64,000 nt of DNA from the human T2T-CHM13v2.0 reference genome, Homo sapiens, in the NCBI RefSeq assembly GCF_009914755.1, contig NC_060948.1; one strand, written 5' to 3'. Positions 10,723 to 25,003 of the stretch are shown piece after piece. Below the pieces are notes generated by a model. The model saw only the letters and a list, made by a program, of their open reading frames with translations. It searched no databases and was not told the origin of the DNA. Position 1 is the stretch's first letter, and the number at the start of each line of letters is the position of its first letter. Made by a program: the position numbers and the translations under genes.

Positions 10723-13700
10723 AAAATAGAATGAAAGAGAATCAAATGGAATTGAATCGAATGGAATCGAATGGATTGGAAAGGAATAGAATGGAATGGA
10801 ATGGAATTGACTCAAATGGAATGGACTAGAATGGAATGGATTCGAATGGAAGGCAAAGGAATGGAATCTATTGGAATGGACTGTAATGGAATGGAATGGA
10901 AGGGATTGGAATGGACTCGAATGGAATGGACTGCAATAGAAAGGATTCCAATGGAATGAAAAAGAATTGAATGGAATAGAACAGAATGGAATCAAATCGA
11001 ATGAAATGGAATGGAATAGAAAGGAATGGAATGAAATGGAATGGAAAGGATTCGAATGGAATGCAATCGAATGGAATGGAATCGAACGGAATGGAATAAA
11101 ATGGAAGAAAACTGGCAAGAAATGGAATCGAAATGAATGGAGTATTATGGAACGGACTCAAAAGGAATTGAATGTAATAGAATGGAGTGGAGTGGACTCG
11201 AATATAATGGACTGGAATGGAATGAAATCACATGGAATGGGAACGAATGGAATGGAATGGAAAGGAATGGAATCGAATGGAAAGGAATCGAATGGAAGGG
11301 AATGAAATTGAATCAACAGGAATGGAAGGGAATAGAATAGACGGTAATGGAATGGACTCGAATAGAATGGACACGAATGCTCAAATTGAATGGACTCGAA
11401 TGGAATGGAAACGAAAGGAATGTCATCGAATGGAATTGAATCGATTGGAATGAAATCGCATAGAATGGAGTGGAATCAAATGGAATTGAATCGAAAGGAA
11501 AGGAAGCGAATGGACTGAAATGAAATGGAATGGAATTGAATGGAAAGTAATGCAATGGAATAGAATGGAACGAAATTTCACGGAATGGAATCAAACTGAA
11601 TGGAATCAAATCAATGGAATCTAATCAAATGGAATGGAAAGGAATTGAATGGAGTAGATTGGATTGGATGGGATTGGAATGAAATCTACTGGAAAGGACT
11701 CGAATTTCATGAAACGGAATGGAATGAATTGGAACGGAATGGACTCGAATGGAATGGAATGTCATGGAATGGCATCAAATGGAATGGCATCAAATGGAAT
11801 GGAATCGAATGCAATGGAATGTTATGGAATGGAATGGAATGCATTGGAATGGAATGTCCTCTAATGGAATGGATTCGAGTGGAATGGAATCGAATATAAT
11901 GGAGTCGAATGAAATGGAATTGAAAGGAATGGGATCGAATAGAATGGAATATACTGGAATGTAATGTAATGAACTCGAATGTAATTGACTGGAATGGAAT
12001 GTACATGAATGGAAGGTAATCGAATGGAAAGTAATCCAATGGAATAGAATCTAATGCAATAAAACCGACTCAGATAGAGTAGAATGTAATGGAATGGAGT
12101 GCAGTGCAATGGAATGGAATGGAATTGAATGCAATGGAATGGAATGGAATGGAATGGAATGGAATGGAATGGAATGGAATGGAATGGGATGGAATGGTAT
12201 GGAATGGATAGAAATGGACTGGAGTGAAATGGACTGGAAAGGAATGGACTCAAATTGAAAGGGCTCGAAAGGAATGGAGTCAAATGGAATGGTCTGGAAT
12301 GGAATGAACACGAATGTAATGCAATCCAATAGAATGGAATCGAATGGCATGGAATATAAAGAAATGGATACGAAGAGAATGGAAACAAATGGAATGGAAT
12401 TGAATGGAATGGAATTGAATGGAATGGGAACGAATGGAGTGAAATTGTATGCAGTAGAAGGGAATAGAATGGAATGCAAGCGAAAGGAAAGGAATGGATT
12501 GGAATGGAATGGAATTCATTGGAATGGAAGGGAATGTAGTGTAATGGACAGGCCTGGAATAAAGTGGAATGCTACGGTCTCGAATGGAATAAAAATGTAT
12601 GGAATGGAATGCAATGAAACGGAATCGAATGTCATAGAATGTAATGGAATGCAACAAAATGGAATCCAAAATCATTGACTGGAAAGGCTGGGTGTCGAAA
12701 GGAATTGACTCCAATGGAATGGAATCGAATGGAATGGAAGTGAATAGAATCGAACTAAATCGAATGGAATGGAATTGATAGGAACGGAATGGAAAGGAAT
12801 GCAATGATTTGGCATGGAATGGAATCGAATGGCATCGAATGGAATGGAATGGAATGCAATGGAATGGAATGTATTAGAATGTAATGAACTTTAATGGAAT
12901 GTACTCGAATGGATTCGACTGGAATGGAATGTTCTGGAAGTGAATGGACTCCAATGGAATGGATTCAAAAGGAATGGAATCGTACGGAATGGAATCTAAT
13001 GGAATGGAATTAAATGGAAATGAATCAAATTGAATAGCACGGAATTGAATTGAATGGAATGGAATGCAATGGAATCTAATGAAACGGAAAGGAAAGGAAT
13101 GGAATGGAATGGAATGGGCTGGAATGGAAAGGAATCGAAACGAATGGAATGGAATCGAACTGAAGAGACTGGAATGGAATGCACTGGAATGGAAGGGAGT
13201 GTAATGGAAGGTTCTCGAAAAAAATGGAATCGAATGGAATGGAATTGAATGGAACGGAATAGAGTCGAATGGAATTGAATGGAATGGAATGGACTAGAGT
13301 GAAATGGAATCGAACCACAAGGAATGGAGAGGAATAGAATGGTCTCGAATTGAATGGAATCATATGGAATGGCATCAAACGGAATGGAATGGACAGCCAC
13401 GGAATGGAATGCACTCGAATGCAATGGAGTCGAAACTAATGGACTGGAATAGAATGGACTCGACTGGTACGGACTCCAATGGAATGGAATCGAATGGAAG
13501 GGAATCGAACGGAATGGACTCGAAGGGAAAAGACTGCAATGGAAAGGTCTCGAATGGAATGGAAATTAATGGAATGGAATGGAATCGAATGAAATGGAGT
13601 CAAAAGGAATGGAATCGAATGGCAAGAAATCGAATGTAATGGAATCGCAAGGAATTGATGTGAACGGAACGGAATGGAATGGAATCCAAAGGAATGGAAT

Positions 13701-14296
13701 AGAATGGAATGGAATCGAATGGAAAGGACTCGAATGGAAATCACTCGAATAGAATGCAATTTAATAAAATAGGATCAAATATAATGGAATGGAATGGAAA
13801 GGAATCGAAACGAAAGGAATGGAGACAGATGGAATGGAATAGAACAGAGAGCAATGGTATAGAATGGAATGGAATCATCTGGAATGGAATTGAATGGAAT
13901 GGAATAATATGAAATGGAATGGAATGGAATGGAATGGAATGCCCTTGAATTAAATGGACTGGAATGGAATGGACTCGAACAGAGTGGAATGGAAAGTGTT
14001 GAGATAGAATGGAATGGACTCCTTTGGAATGGTGTAGTATGCAATGCAATCGACTGGCAGGGAATCAAAAGGAATGTAATCGAATGGATTGGACTGGAAT
14101 GCAATGGACTCGAATAGATTGCAAACAGAATGCAAAGGAATGGAATGGAATAGTATGGAATGGAATGGAAAGGAATGGAGTGGAATAGACTAGAGTGGAA
14201 TGGAATGGACTGGAAAGCAATGGACTGGAATGGAACTTTCTTGAATGGACTGGAATCAAACGGAATGGAATGCAATGCAATCAAATGGCATGGAAT
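10723..14296 (+). repeat. DYZ1 unit 4 (3574 bp; near-copy of unit 1)
   Basis: StuI at 12550; shares unit-1 private variants. Confidence 0.92.
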
Positions 14297-17200
14297 AAAA
14301 TAGAATGAAAGAGAATCAAATGGAATTGAATCGAATGGAATCGAATGGATTGGAAAGGAATAGAATGGAATGGAATGGAATTGACTCAAATGGAATGGAC
14401 TAGAATGGAATGGATTCGAATGGAAGGCAAAGGAATGGAATCTATTGGAATGGACTGTAATGGAATGGAATGGAAGGGATTGGAATGGACTCGAATGGAA
14501 TGGACTGCAATAGAAAGGATTTGAATGGAATGAAAAAGAATTGAATGGAATAGAACAGAATGGAATCAAATCGAATGAAATGGAATGGAATAGAAAGGAA
14601 TGGAATGAAATGGAATGGAAAGGATTCGAATGGAATGCAATCGAATGGAATGGAATCGAACGGAATGGAATAAAATGGAAGAAAACTGGCAAGAAATGGA
14701 ATCGAAATGAATGGAGTGTTATGGAACGGACTCAAAAGGAATTGAATGTAATAGAATGGAGTGGAGTGGACTCGAATATAATGGACTGGAATGGAATGAA
14801 ATCACATGGAATGGGAACGAATGGAATGGAATGGAAAGGAATGGAATCGAATGGAAAGGAATCGAATGGAAGGGAATGAAATTGAATCAACAGGAATGGA
14901 AGGGAATAGAATAGACGGTAATGGAATGGACTCGAATAGAATGGACACGAATGCTCAAATTGAATGGACTCGAATGGAATGGAAACGAAAGGAATGTCAT
15001 CGAATGGAATTGAATCGATTGGAATGAAATCGCATAGAATGGAGTGGAATCAAATGGAATTGAATCGAAAGGAAAGGAAGCGAATGGACTGAAATGAAAT
15101 GGAATGGAATTGAATGGAAAGTAATGCAATGGAATAGAATGGAACGAAATTTCACGGAATGGAATCAAACTGAATGGAATCAAATCAATGGAATCAAATC
15201 AAATGGAATGGAAAGGAATTGAATGGAGTAGATTGGATTGGATGGGATTGGAATGAAATGTACTGGAAAGGACTCGAATTTCATGAAACGGAATGGAATG
15301 AATTGGAACGGAATGGACTCGAATGGAATGGAATGTCATGGAATGGCATCAAATGGAATGGCATCAAATGGAATGGAATCGAATGCAATGGAATGCTATG
15401 GAATGGAATGGAATGCATTGGAATGGAATGTCCTCTAATGGAATGGATTCGAGTGGAATGGAATCGAATATAATGGAGTCGAATGAAATGGAATTGAAAG
15501 GAATGGGATCGAATACAATGGAATATACTGGAATGTAATGTAATGAACTCGAATGTAATTGACTGGAATGGAATGTACATGAATGGAATGTAATCGAATG
15601 GAAAGTAATCCAATGGAATAGAATCTAATGCAATAAAATCGACTCAGATAGAGTAGAATGTAATGGAATGGAGTGCAGTGCAATGGAATGGAATGGAATG
15701 GAATGCAATGGAATGGAATGGAATGGAATGGAATGGAATGGAATGGAATGGAATGGAATGGGATGGAATGGTATGGAATGGATAGTAATGGACTGGAGTG
15801 AAATGGACTGGAAAGGAATGGACTCAAATTGAAAGGGCTCGAAAGGAATGGAGTCAAATGGAATGGTCTGGAATGGAATGAACACGAATGTAATGCAATC
15901 CAATAGAATGGAATCGAATGGCATGGAATATAAAGAAATGGATTCGAAGAGAATGGAAACAAATGGAATGGAATTGAATGGAATGGAATTGAATGGAATG
16001 GGAACGAATGGAGTGAAATTGTATGCAGTAGAAGGGAATAGAATGGAATGCAAGCGAAAGGAAAGGAATGGATTGGAATGGAATGGAATTCATTGGAATG
16101 GAAGGGAATGTAGTGTAATGGACAGGCCTGGAATAAAGTGGAATGCTACGGTCTCGAATGGAATAAAAATGTATGGAATGGAATACAAAGAAACGGAATC
16201 GAATGTCATAGAATGTAATGGAATGCAACAAAATGGAATCCAAAATCATTGACTGGAAAGGCTGGGTGTCGAAAGGAATTGACTCCAATGGAATGGAATC
16301 GAATGGAATGGAAGTGAATAGAATCGAACTAAATCGAATGGAATGGAATTGATAGGAACGGAATGGAAAGGAATGCAATGATTTGGCATGGAATGGAATC
16401 GAATGGCATCGAATGGAATGGAATGGAATGCAATGGAATGGAATGTATTAGAATGTAATGAACTTTAATGGAATGTACTCGAATGGATTCGACTGGAATG
16501 GAATGTTCTGGAAGTGAATGGACTCCAATGGAATGGATTCAAAAGGAATGGAATCGTACGGAATGGAATCTAATGGAATGGAATTAAATGGAAATGAATC
16601 AAATTGAATAGCACGGAATTGAATTGAATGGAATGGAATGCAATGCAATCTAATGAAACGGAAAGGAAAGGAATGGAATGGAATGGAATGGGCTGGAATG
16701 GAAAGGAATCGAAACGAATGGAATGGAATCGAACTGAAGAGACTGGAATGGAATGCACTGGAATGGAAGGGAGTGTAATGGAAGGTTCTCGAAAAAAATG
16801 GAATCGAATGGAATGGAATTGAATGGAACGGAATAGAGTCGAATGGAATTGAATGGAATGGAATGGACTAGAGTGAAATGGAATCAAACCACAAGGAATG
16901 GAGAGGAATAGAATGGTCTCGAATTGAATGGAATCGTATGGAATGGCATCAAACGGAATGGAATGGACAGCCACGGAATGGAATGCACTCGAATGCAATG
17001 GAGTCGAAACTAATGGACTGGAATAGAATGGACTCGACTGGTACGGACTCCAATGGAATGGAATCGAATGGAAGGGAATCGAACGGAATGGACTCGAAGG
17101 GAAAAGACTGCAATGGAAAGGTCTCGAATGGAATGGAAATTAATGGAATGGAATGGAATCGAATGAAATGGAGTCAAAAGGAATGGAATCGAATGGCAAC

Positions 17201-17880
17201 AAATCGAATGTAATGGAATCGCAAGGAATTGATGTGAACGGAACGGAACGGAATGGAATGGAATCCAAAGGAATGGAATAGAATGGAATGGAATCGAATG
17301 GAAAGGACTCGAATGGAAATCACTCGAATAGAATGCAATTTAATAAAATAGGATCAAATGTAATGGAATGGAATGGAAAGGAATCGAAACGAAAGGAATG
17401 GAGACAGATGGAATGGAATAGAACAGAGAGCAATGGTATGGAATGGAATGGAATCATCTGGAATGGAATTGAATGGAATGGAATAATATGAAATGGAATG
17501 GAATGGAATGGAATGGAATGGAATGCCCTTGAATTAAATGGACTGGAATGGAATGGACTCGAACAGAGTGGAATGGAAAGTGTTGAGATAGAATGGAATG
17601 GACTCCTTTGGAATGGTGTAGTATGCAATGCAATCGACTGGCAGGGAATCAAAAGGAATGTAATGGAATGGACTGGACTGGAATGCAATGGACTCGAATA
17701 GATTGGAAACGGAATGCAAAGAAATGGAATGGAATAGTATGGAATGGAATGGAAAGGAATGGAGTGGAATAGACTAGAGTGGAATGGAATGGACTGGAAA
17801 GCAATGGACTGGAATGGAACTTTCTTGAATGGACTGGAATCAAACGGAATGGAATGCAATGCAATCAAATGGCATGGAAT
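14297..17880 (+). repeat. DYZ1 unit 5 (3584 bp; near-copy of unit 2)
   Basis: StuI at 16124; ORF translations match unit 2 at offset 10717. Confidence 0.92.
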
Positions 17881-20800
17881 AAAATAGAATGAAAGAGAAT
17901 CAAATGGAATTGAATCGAATGGAATCGAATGGATTGGAAAGGAATAGAATGGAATGGAATGGAATTGACTCAAATGGAATGGACTAGAATGGAATGGATT
18001 CGAATGGAAGGCAAAGGAATGGAATCTATTGGAATGGACTGTAATGGAATGGAATGGAAGGGATTGGAATGGACTCGAATGGAATGGACTGCAATAGAAA
18101 GGATTCGAATGGAATGAAAAAGAATTGAATGGAATAGAACAGAATGGAATCAAATCGAATGAAATGGAATGGAATAGAAAGGAATGGAATGAAATGGAAT
18201 GGAAAGGATTCGAATGGAATGCAATCGAATGGAATGGAATCGAACGGAATGGAATAAAATGGAAGAAAACTGGCAAGAAATGGAATCGAAATGAATGGAG
18301 TGTTATGGAACGGACTCAAAAGGAATTGAATGTAATAGAATGGAGTGGAGTGGACTCGAATATAATGGACTGGAATGGAATGAAATCACATGGAATGGGA
18401 ACGAATGGAATGGAATGGAAAGGAATGGAATCGAATGGAAAGGAATCGAATGGAAGGGAATGAAATTGAATCAACAGGAATGGAAGGGAATAGAATAGAC
18501 GGTAATGGAATGGACTCGAATAGAATGGACACGAATGCTCAAATTGAATGGACTCGAATGGAATGGAAACGAAAGGAATGTCATCGAATGGAATTGAATC
18601 GATTGGAATGAAATCGCATAGAATGGAGTGGAATCAAATGGAATTGAATCGAAAGGAAAGGAAGCGAATGGACTGAAATGAAATGGAATGGAATTGAATG
18701 GAAAGTAATGCAATGGAATAGAATGGAACGAAATTTCACGGAATGGAATCAAACTGAATGGAATCAAATCAATGGAATATAATCAAATGGAATGGAAAGG
18801 AATTGAATGGAGTAGATTGGATTGGATGGGATTGGAATGAAATGTACTGGAAAGGACTCGAATTTCATGAAACGGAATGGAATGAATTGGAACGGAATGG
18901 ACTCGAATGGAATGGAATGTCATGGAATGGCATCAAATGGAATGGCATCAAATGGAATAGAATCGAATGCAATGGAATGCTATGGAATGGAATGGAATGC
19001 ATTGGAATGGAATGTCCTCTAATGGAATGGATTCGAGTGGAATGGAATCGAATATAATGGAGTCGAATGAAATGGAATTGAAAGGAATGGGATCGAATAC
19101 AATGGAATATACTGGAATGTAACGTAATGAACTCGAATGTAATTGACTGGAATGGAATGTACATGAATGGAATGTAATCGAATGGAAAGTAATCCAATGG
19201 AATAGAATCTAATGCAATAAAACCGACTCAGATAGAGTAGAATGTAATGGAATGGAGTGCAGTGCAATGGAATGGAATGGAATGGAATGCAATTGAATGG
19301 AATGGAATGGAATGGAATGGAATGGAATGGGATGGAATGGTATGGAATGGATAGTAATGGACTGGAGTGAAATGGACTGGAAAGGAATGGACTCAAATTG
19401 AAAGGGCTCGAAAGGAATGGAGTCAAATGGAATGGTCTGGAATGGAATGAACACGAATGTAATGCAATCCAAAAGAATGGAATCGAATGGCATGGAATAT
19501 AACGAAATGGAATCGGAGAGAATGGAAACAAATGGAATGGAATTGAATGGAATGGAATTGAATGGAATGGGAACGAATGGAGTGAAATTGTATACAGTAG
19601 AAGGGAATAGAATGGAATGCAAGCGAAAGGAAAGGAATGGATTGGAATGGAATGGAATTCATTGGAATGGAAGGGAATGTAGTGTAATGGACAGGCCTGG
19701 AATAAAGTGGAATGCTACGGTCTCGAATGGAATAAAAATGTATGGAATGGAATGCAATGAAATGGAATCGAATGTCATAGAATGTAATGGAATGCAACAA
19801 AATGGAATCCAAAATCATTGACTGGAAAGGCTGGGTGTCGAAAGGAATTGACTCCAATGGAATGGAATCGAATGGAATGGAAGTGAATAGAATCGAACTA
19901 AATCGAATGGAATGGAATTGATAGGAACGGAATGGAAAGGAATGCAATGATTTGGCATGGAATGGAATCGAATGGCATCGAATGGAATGGAATGGAATGC
20001 AATGGAATGGAATGTATTAGAATGTAATGAACTTTAATGGAATGTACTCGAATGGATTCGACTGGAATGGAATGTTCTGGAAGTGAATGGACTCCAATGG
20101 AATGGATTCCAAAGGAATGGAATCGTACGGAATGGAATCTAATGGAATGGAATTAAATGGAAATGAATCAAATTGAATAGCACGGAATTGAATTGAATGG
20201 AATCGAATGCAATGGAATCTAATGAAACGGAAAGGAAAGGAATGGAATGGAATGGAATGGGCTGGAATGGAAAGGAATCGAAACGAATGGAATGGAATCG
20301 AACTGAAGAGACTGGAATGGAATGCACTGGAATGGAAGGGAGTGTAATGGAAGGTTCTCGAAAAAAATGGAATCGAATGGAATGGAATTGAATGGAACGG
20401 AATAGAGTCGAATGGAATTGAATGGAATGGAATGGACTAGAGTGATATGGAATCGAACCACAAGGAATGGAGAGGAATAGAATGGTCTCGAATTGAATGG
20501 AATCGTATGGAGTGGCATCAAACGGAATGGAATGGACAGCCACGGAATGGAATGCACTCGAATGCAATGGAGTCGAAACTAATGGACTGGAATAGAATGG
20601 ACTCGACTGGTACGGACTCCAATGGAATGGAATCGAATGGAAGGGAATCGAACGGAATGGACTCGAAGGGAAAAGACTGCAATGGAAAGGTCTCGAATGG
20701 AATGGAAATTAATGGAATGGAATGGAATCGAATGAAATGGAGTCAAAAGGAATGGAATCGAATGGCAACAAATCGAATGTAATGGAATCGCAAGGAATTG

Positions 20801-21439
20801 ACGTGAAAGGAACGGAATGGAATGGAATCCAAAGGAATGGAATAGAATGGAATGGAATCGAATGGAAAGGACTCGAATGGAAATCACTCGAATAGAATGC
20901 AATTTAATAAAATAGGATCAAATGTAATGGAATGGAATGGAAAGGAATCGAAACGAAAGGAATGGAGACAGATGGAATGGAATGGAACAGAGAGCAATGG
21001 TGTAGAATGGAATGGAATCATCTGGAATGGAATTGAATGGAATGGAATAATATGAAATGGAATGGAATGGAATGGAATGGAATGCCCTTGAATTAAATGG
21101 ACTGGAATGGAATGGACTCGAACAGAGTGGAATGGAAAGTGTTGAGATAGAATGGAATGGACTCCTTTGGAATGGTGTAGTATGCAATGCAATCGACTGG
21201 CAGGGAATCAAAAGGAATGTAATGGAATGGACTGGACTGGAATGCAATGGACTCGAATAGATTGGAAACGGAATGCAAAGAAATGGAATGGAATAGTATG
21301 GAATGGAATGGAAAGGAATGGAGTGGAATAGACTAGAGTGGAATGGAATGGACTGGAAAGCAATGGACTGGAATGGAACTTTCTTGAATGGACTGGAATC
21401 AAACGGAATGGAATGCAATGCAATCAAATGGCATGGAAT
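17881..21439 (+). repeat. DYZ1 unit 6 (3559 bp; copy of unit 3 up to ~20.9 kb)
   Basis: StuI at 19693; unit-3 variants shared until ~20810, diverges by ~20924. Confidence 0.92.
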
Positions 21440-24400
21440 AAAATAGAATGAAAGAGAATCAAATGGAATTGAATCGAATGGAATCGAATGGATTGGAAAG
21501 GAATAGAATGGAATGGAATGGAATGGACTCAAATGGAATGGACTAGAATGGAATGGATTCGAATGGAAGGCAAAGGAATGGAATCTATTGGAATGGACTG
21601 TAATGGAATGGAATGGAAGGGATTGGAATGGACTCGAATGGAATGGACTGCAATAGAAAGGATTCGAATGGAATGAAAAAGAATTGAATGGAATAGAACA
21701 GAATGGAATCAAATCGAATGAAATGGAATGGAATAGAAAGGAATGGAATGAAATGGAATGGAAAGGATTCGAATGGAATGCAATCGAATGGAATGGAATC
21801 GAACGGAATGGAATAAAATGGAAGAAAACTGGCAAGAAATGGAATCGAAATGAATGGAGTGTTATGGAACGGACTCAAAAGGAATTGAATGTAATAGAAT
21901 GGAGTGGAGTGGACTCGAATATAATGGACTGGAATGGAATGAAATCACATGGAATGGGAACGAATGGAATGGAATGGAAAGGAATGGAATCGAATGGAAA
22001 GGAATCGAATGGAAGGGAATGAAATTGAATCAACAGGAATGGAAGGGAATAGAATAGACGGTAATGGAATGGACTCGAATAGAATGGACACGAATGCTCA
22101 AATTAAATGGACTCGAATGGAATGGAAACGAAAGGAATGTCATCGAATGGAATTGAATCGATTGGAATGAAATCGCATAGAATGGAGTGGAATCAAATGG
22201 AATTGAATCGAAAGGAAAGGAAGCGAATGGACTGAAATGAAATGGAATGGAATTGAATGGAAAGTAATGCAATGGAATAGAATGGAACGAAATTTCACGG
22301 AATGGAATCAAACTGAATGGAATCAAATCAATGGAATCAAATCAAATGGAATGGAAAGGAATTGAATGGAGTAGATTGGATTGGATGGGATTGGAATGAA
22401 ATGTACTGGAAAGGACTCGAATTTCATGAAACGGAATGGAATGAATTGGAACGGAATGGACTCGAATGGAATGGAATGTCATGGAATGGCATCAAATGGA
22501 ATGGCATCAAATGGAATGGAATCGAATGCAATGGAATGCTATGGAATGGAATGGAATGCATTGGAATGGAATGTCCTCTAATGGAATGGATTCGAGTGGA
22601 ATGGAATCGAATATAATGGAGTCGAATGAAATGGAATTGAAAGGAATGGGATCGAATAGAATGGAATATACTGGAATGTAATGTAATGAACTCGAATGTA
22701 ATTGACTGGAATGGAATGTACATGAATGGAATGTAATCGAATGGAAAGTAATCCAATGGAATAGAATCTAATGCAATAAAACCGACTCAGATAGAGTAGA
22801 ATGTAATGGAATGGAGTGCAGTGCAATGGAAGGGAATGGAATTGAATGCAATGGAATGGAATGGAATGGAATGGAATGGAATGGAATGGAATGGGATGGA
22901 ATGGTATGGAATGGATAGTAATGGACTGGAGTGAAATGGACTGGAAAGGAATGGACTCAAATTGAAAGGGCTCGAAAGGAATGGAGTCAAATGGAATGGT
23001 CTGGAATGGAATGAACACGAATGTAATGCAATCCAATAGAATGGAATCGAATGGCATGGAATATAAAGAAATGGAATCGAAGAGAATGGAAACAAATGGA
23101 ATGGAATTGAATGGAATGGAATTGAATGGAATGGGAACGAATGGAGTGAAATTGTATGCAGTAGAAGGGAATAGAATGGAATGCAAGCGAAAGGAAAGGA
23201 ATGGATTGGAATGGAATGGAATTCATTGGAATGGAAGGGAATGTAGTGTAATGGACAGGCCTGGAATAAAGTGGAATGCTACGGTCTCGAATGGAATAAA
23301 AATGTATGGAATGGAATGCAATGAAACGGAATCGAATGTCATAGAATGTAATGGAATGCAAAAAAATGGAATCCAAAATCATTGACTGGAAAGGCTGGGT
23401 GTCGAAAGGAATTGACTCCAATGGAATGGAATCGAATGGAATGGAAGTGAATAGAATCGAACTAAATCGAATGGAATGGAATTGATAGGAACGGAATGGA
23501 AAGGAATGCAATGATTTGGCATGGAATGGAATCGAATGGCATCGAATGGATTGGAATGGAATGCAATGGAATGGAATGTATTAGAATGTAATGAACTTTA
23601 ATGGAATGTACTCGAATGGATTCGACTGGAATGGAATGTTCTGGAAGTGAATGGACTCCAATGGAATGGATTCAAAAGGAATGGAATCGTACGGAATGGA
23701 ATCTAATGGAATGGAATTAAATGGAAATGAATCAAATTGAATAGCACGGAATTGAATTGAATGGAATGGAATGCAATGGAATCTAATGAAACGGAAAGGA
23801 AAGGAATGGAATGGAATGGAATGGACTGGAATGGAAAGGAATCGAAACGAATGGAATGGAATCGAACTGAAGAGACTGGAATGGAATGCACTGGAATGGA
23901 AGGGAGTGTAATGGAAGGTTCTCGAAAAAAATGGAATCGAATGGAATGGAATTGAATGGAACGGAATAGAGTCGAATGGAATTGAATGGAATGGAATGGA
24001 CTAGAGTGAAATGGAATCGAACCACAAGGAATGGACATGAATAGAATGGTCTCGAATTGAATGGAATCGTATGGAATGGCATCAGACGGAATGGAATGGA
24101 CAGCCACGGAATGGAATGCACTCGAATGCAATGGAGTCGAAACTAATGGACTGGAATAGAATGGACTCGACTGGTACGGACTCCAATGGAATGGAATCGA
24201 ATGGAAGGGAATCGAACGGAATGGACTCGAAGGGAAAAGACTGCAATGGAAAGGTCTCGAATGGAATGGAAATTAATGGAATGGAATGGAATCGAATGAA
24301 ATGTAGTCAAAAGGAATGGAATCGTATAGCAAGAAATCGAATGTAATGGAATCACAAGGAATTGATGTGAACGGAACGGAATGGAATGGAATCCAAAGGA

Positions 24401-25003
24401 ATGGAATAGAATGGAATGGAATCGAATGGAAAGGACTCGAATGGAAATCACTCGAATAGAATGCAATTTAATAAAATAGGATCAAATGTAATGGAATGGA
24501 ATGGAAAGGAATCGAAACGAAAGGAATGGAGACAGATGGAATGGAATAGAACAGAGAGCAATGGTATGGAATGGAATGGAATCATCTGGAATGGAATTGA
24601 ATGGAATGGAATAATATGAAATGGAATGGAATGGAATGGAATGGAATGCCCTTGAATTAAATGGACTGGAATGGAATGGACTCGAACAGAGTGGAATGGA
24701 AAGTGTTGAGATAGAATGGAATGGACTCCTTTGGAATGGTGTAGTATGCAATGCAATCGACTGGCAGGGAATCAAAAGGAATGTAATGGAATGGACTGGA
24801 CTGGAATGCAATGGACTCGAATAGATTGGAAACGGAATGCAAAGAAATGGAATGGAATAGTATGGAATGGAATGGAAAGGAATGGAGTGGAATAGACTAG
24901 AGTGGAATGGAATGGACTGGAAAGCAATGGACTGGAATGGAACTTTCTTGAATGGACTGGAATCAAACGGAATGGAATGCAGTGCAATCAAATGGCATGG
25001 AAT
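21440..25003 (+). repeat. DYZ1 unit 7 (3564 bp)
   Basis: StuI at 23257. Confidence 0.92.
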
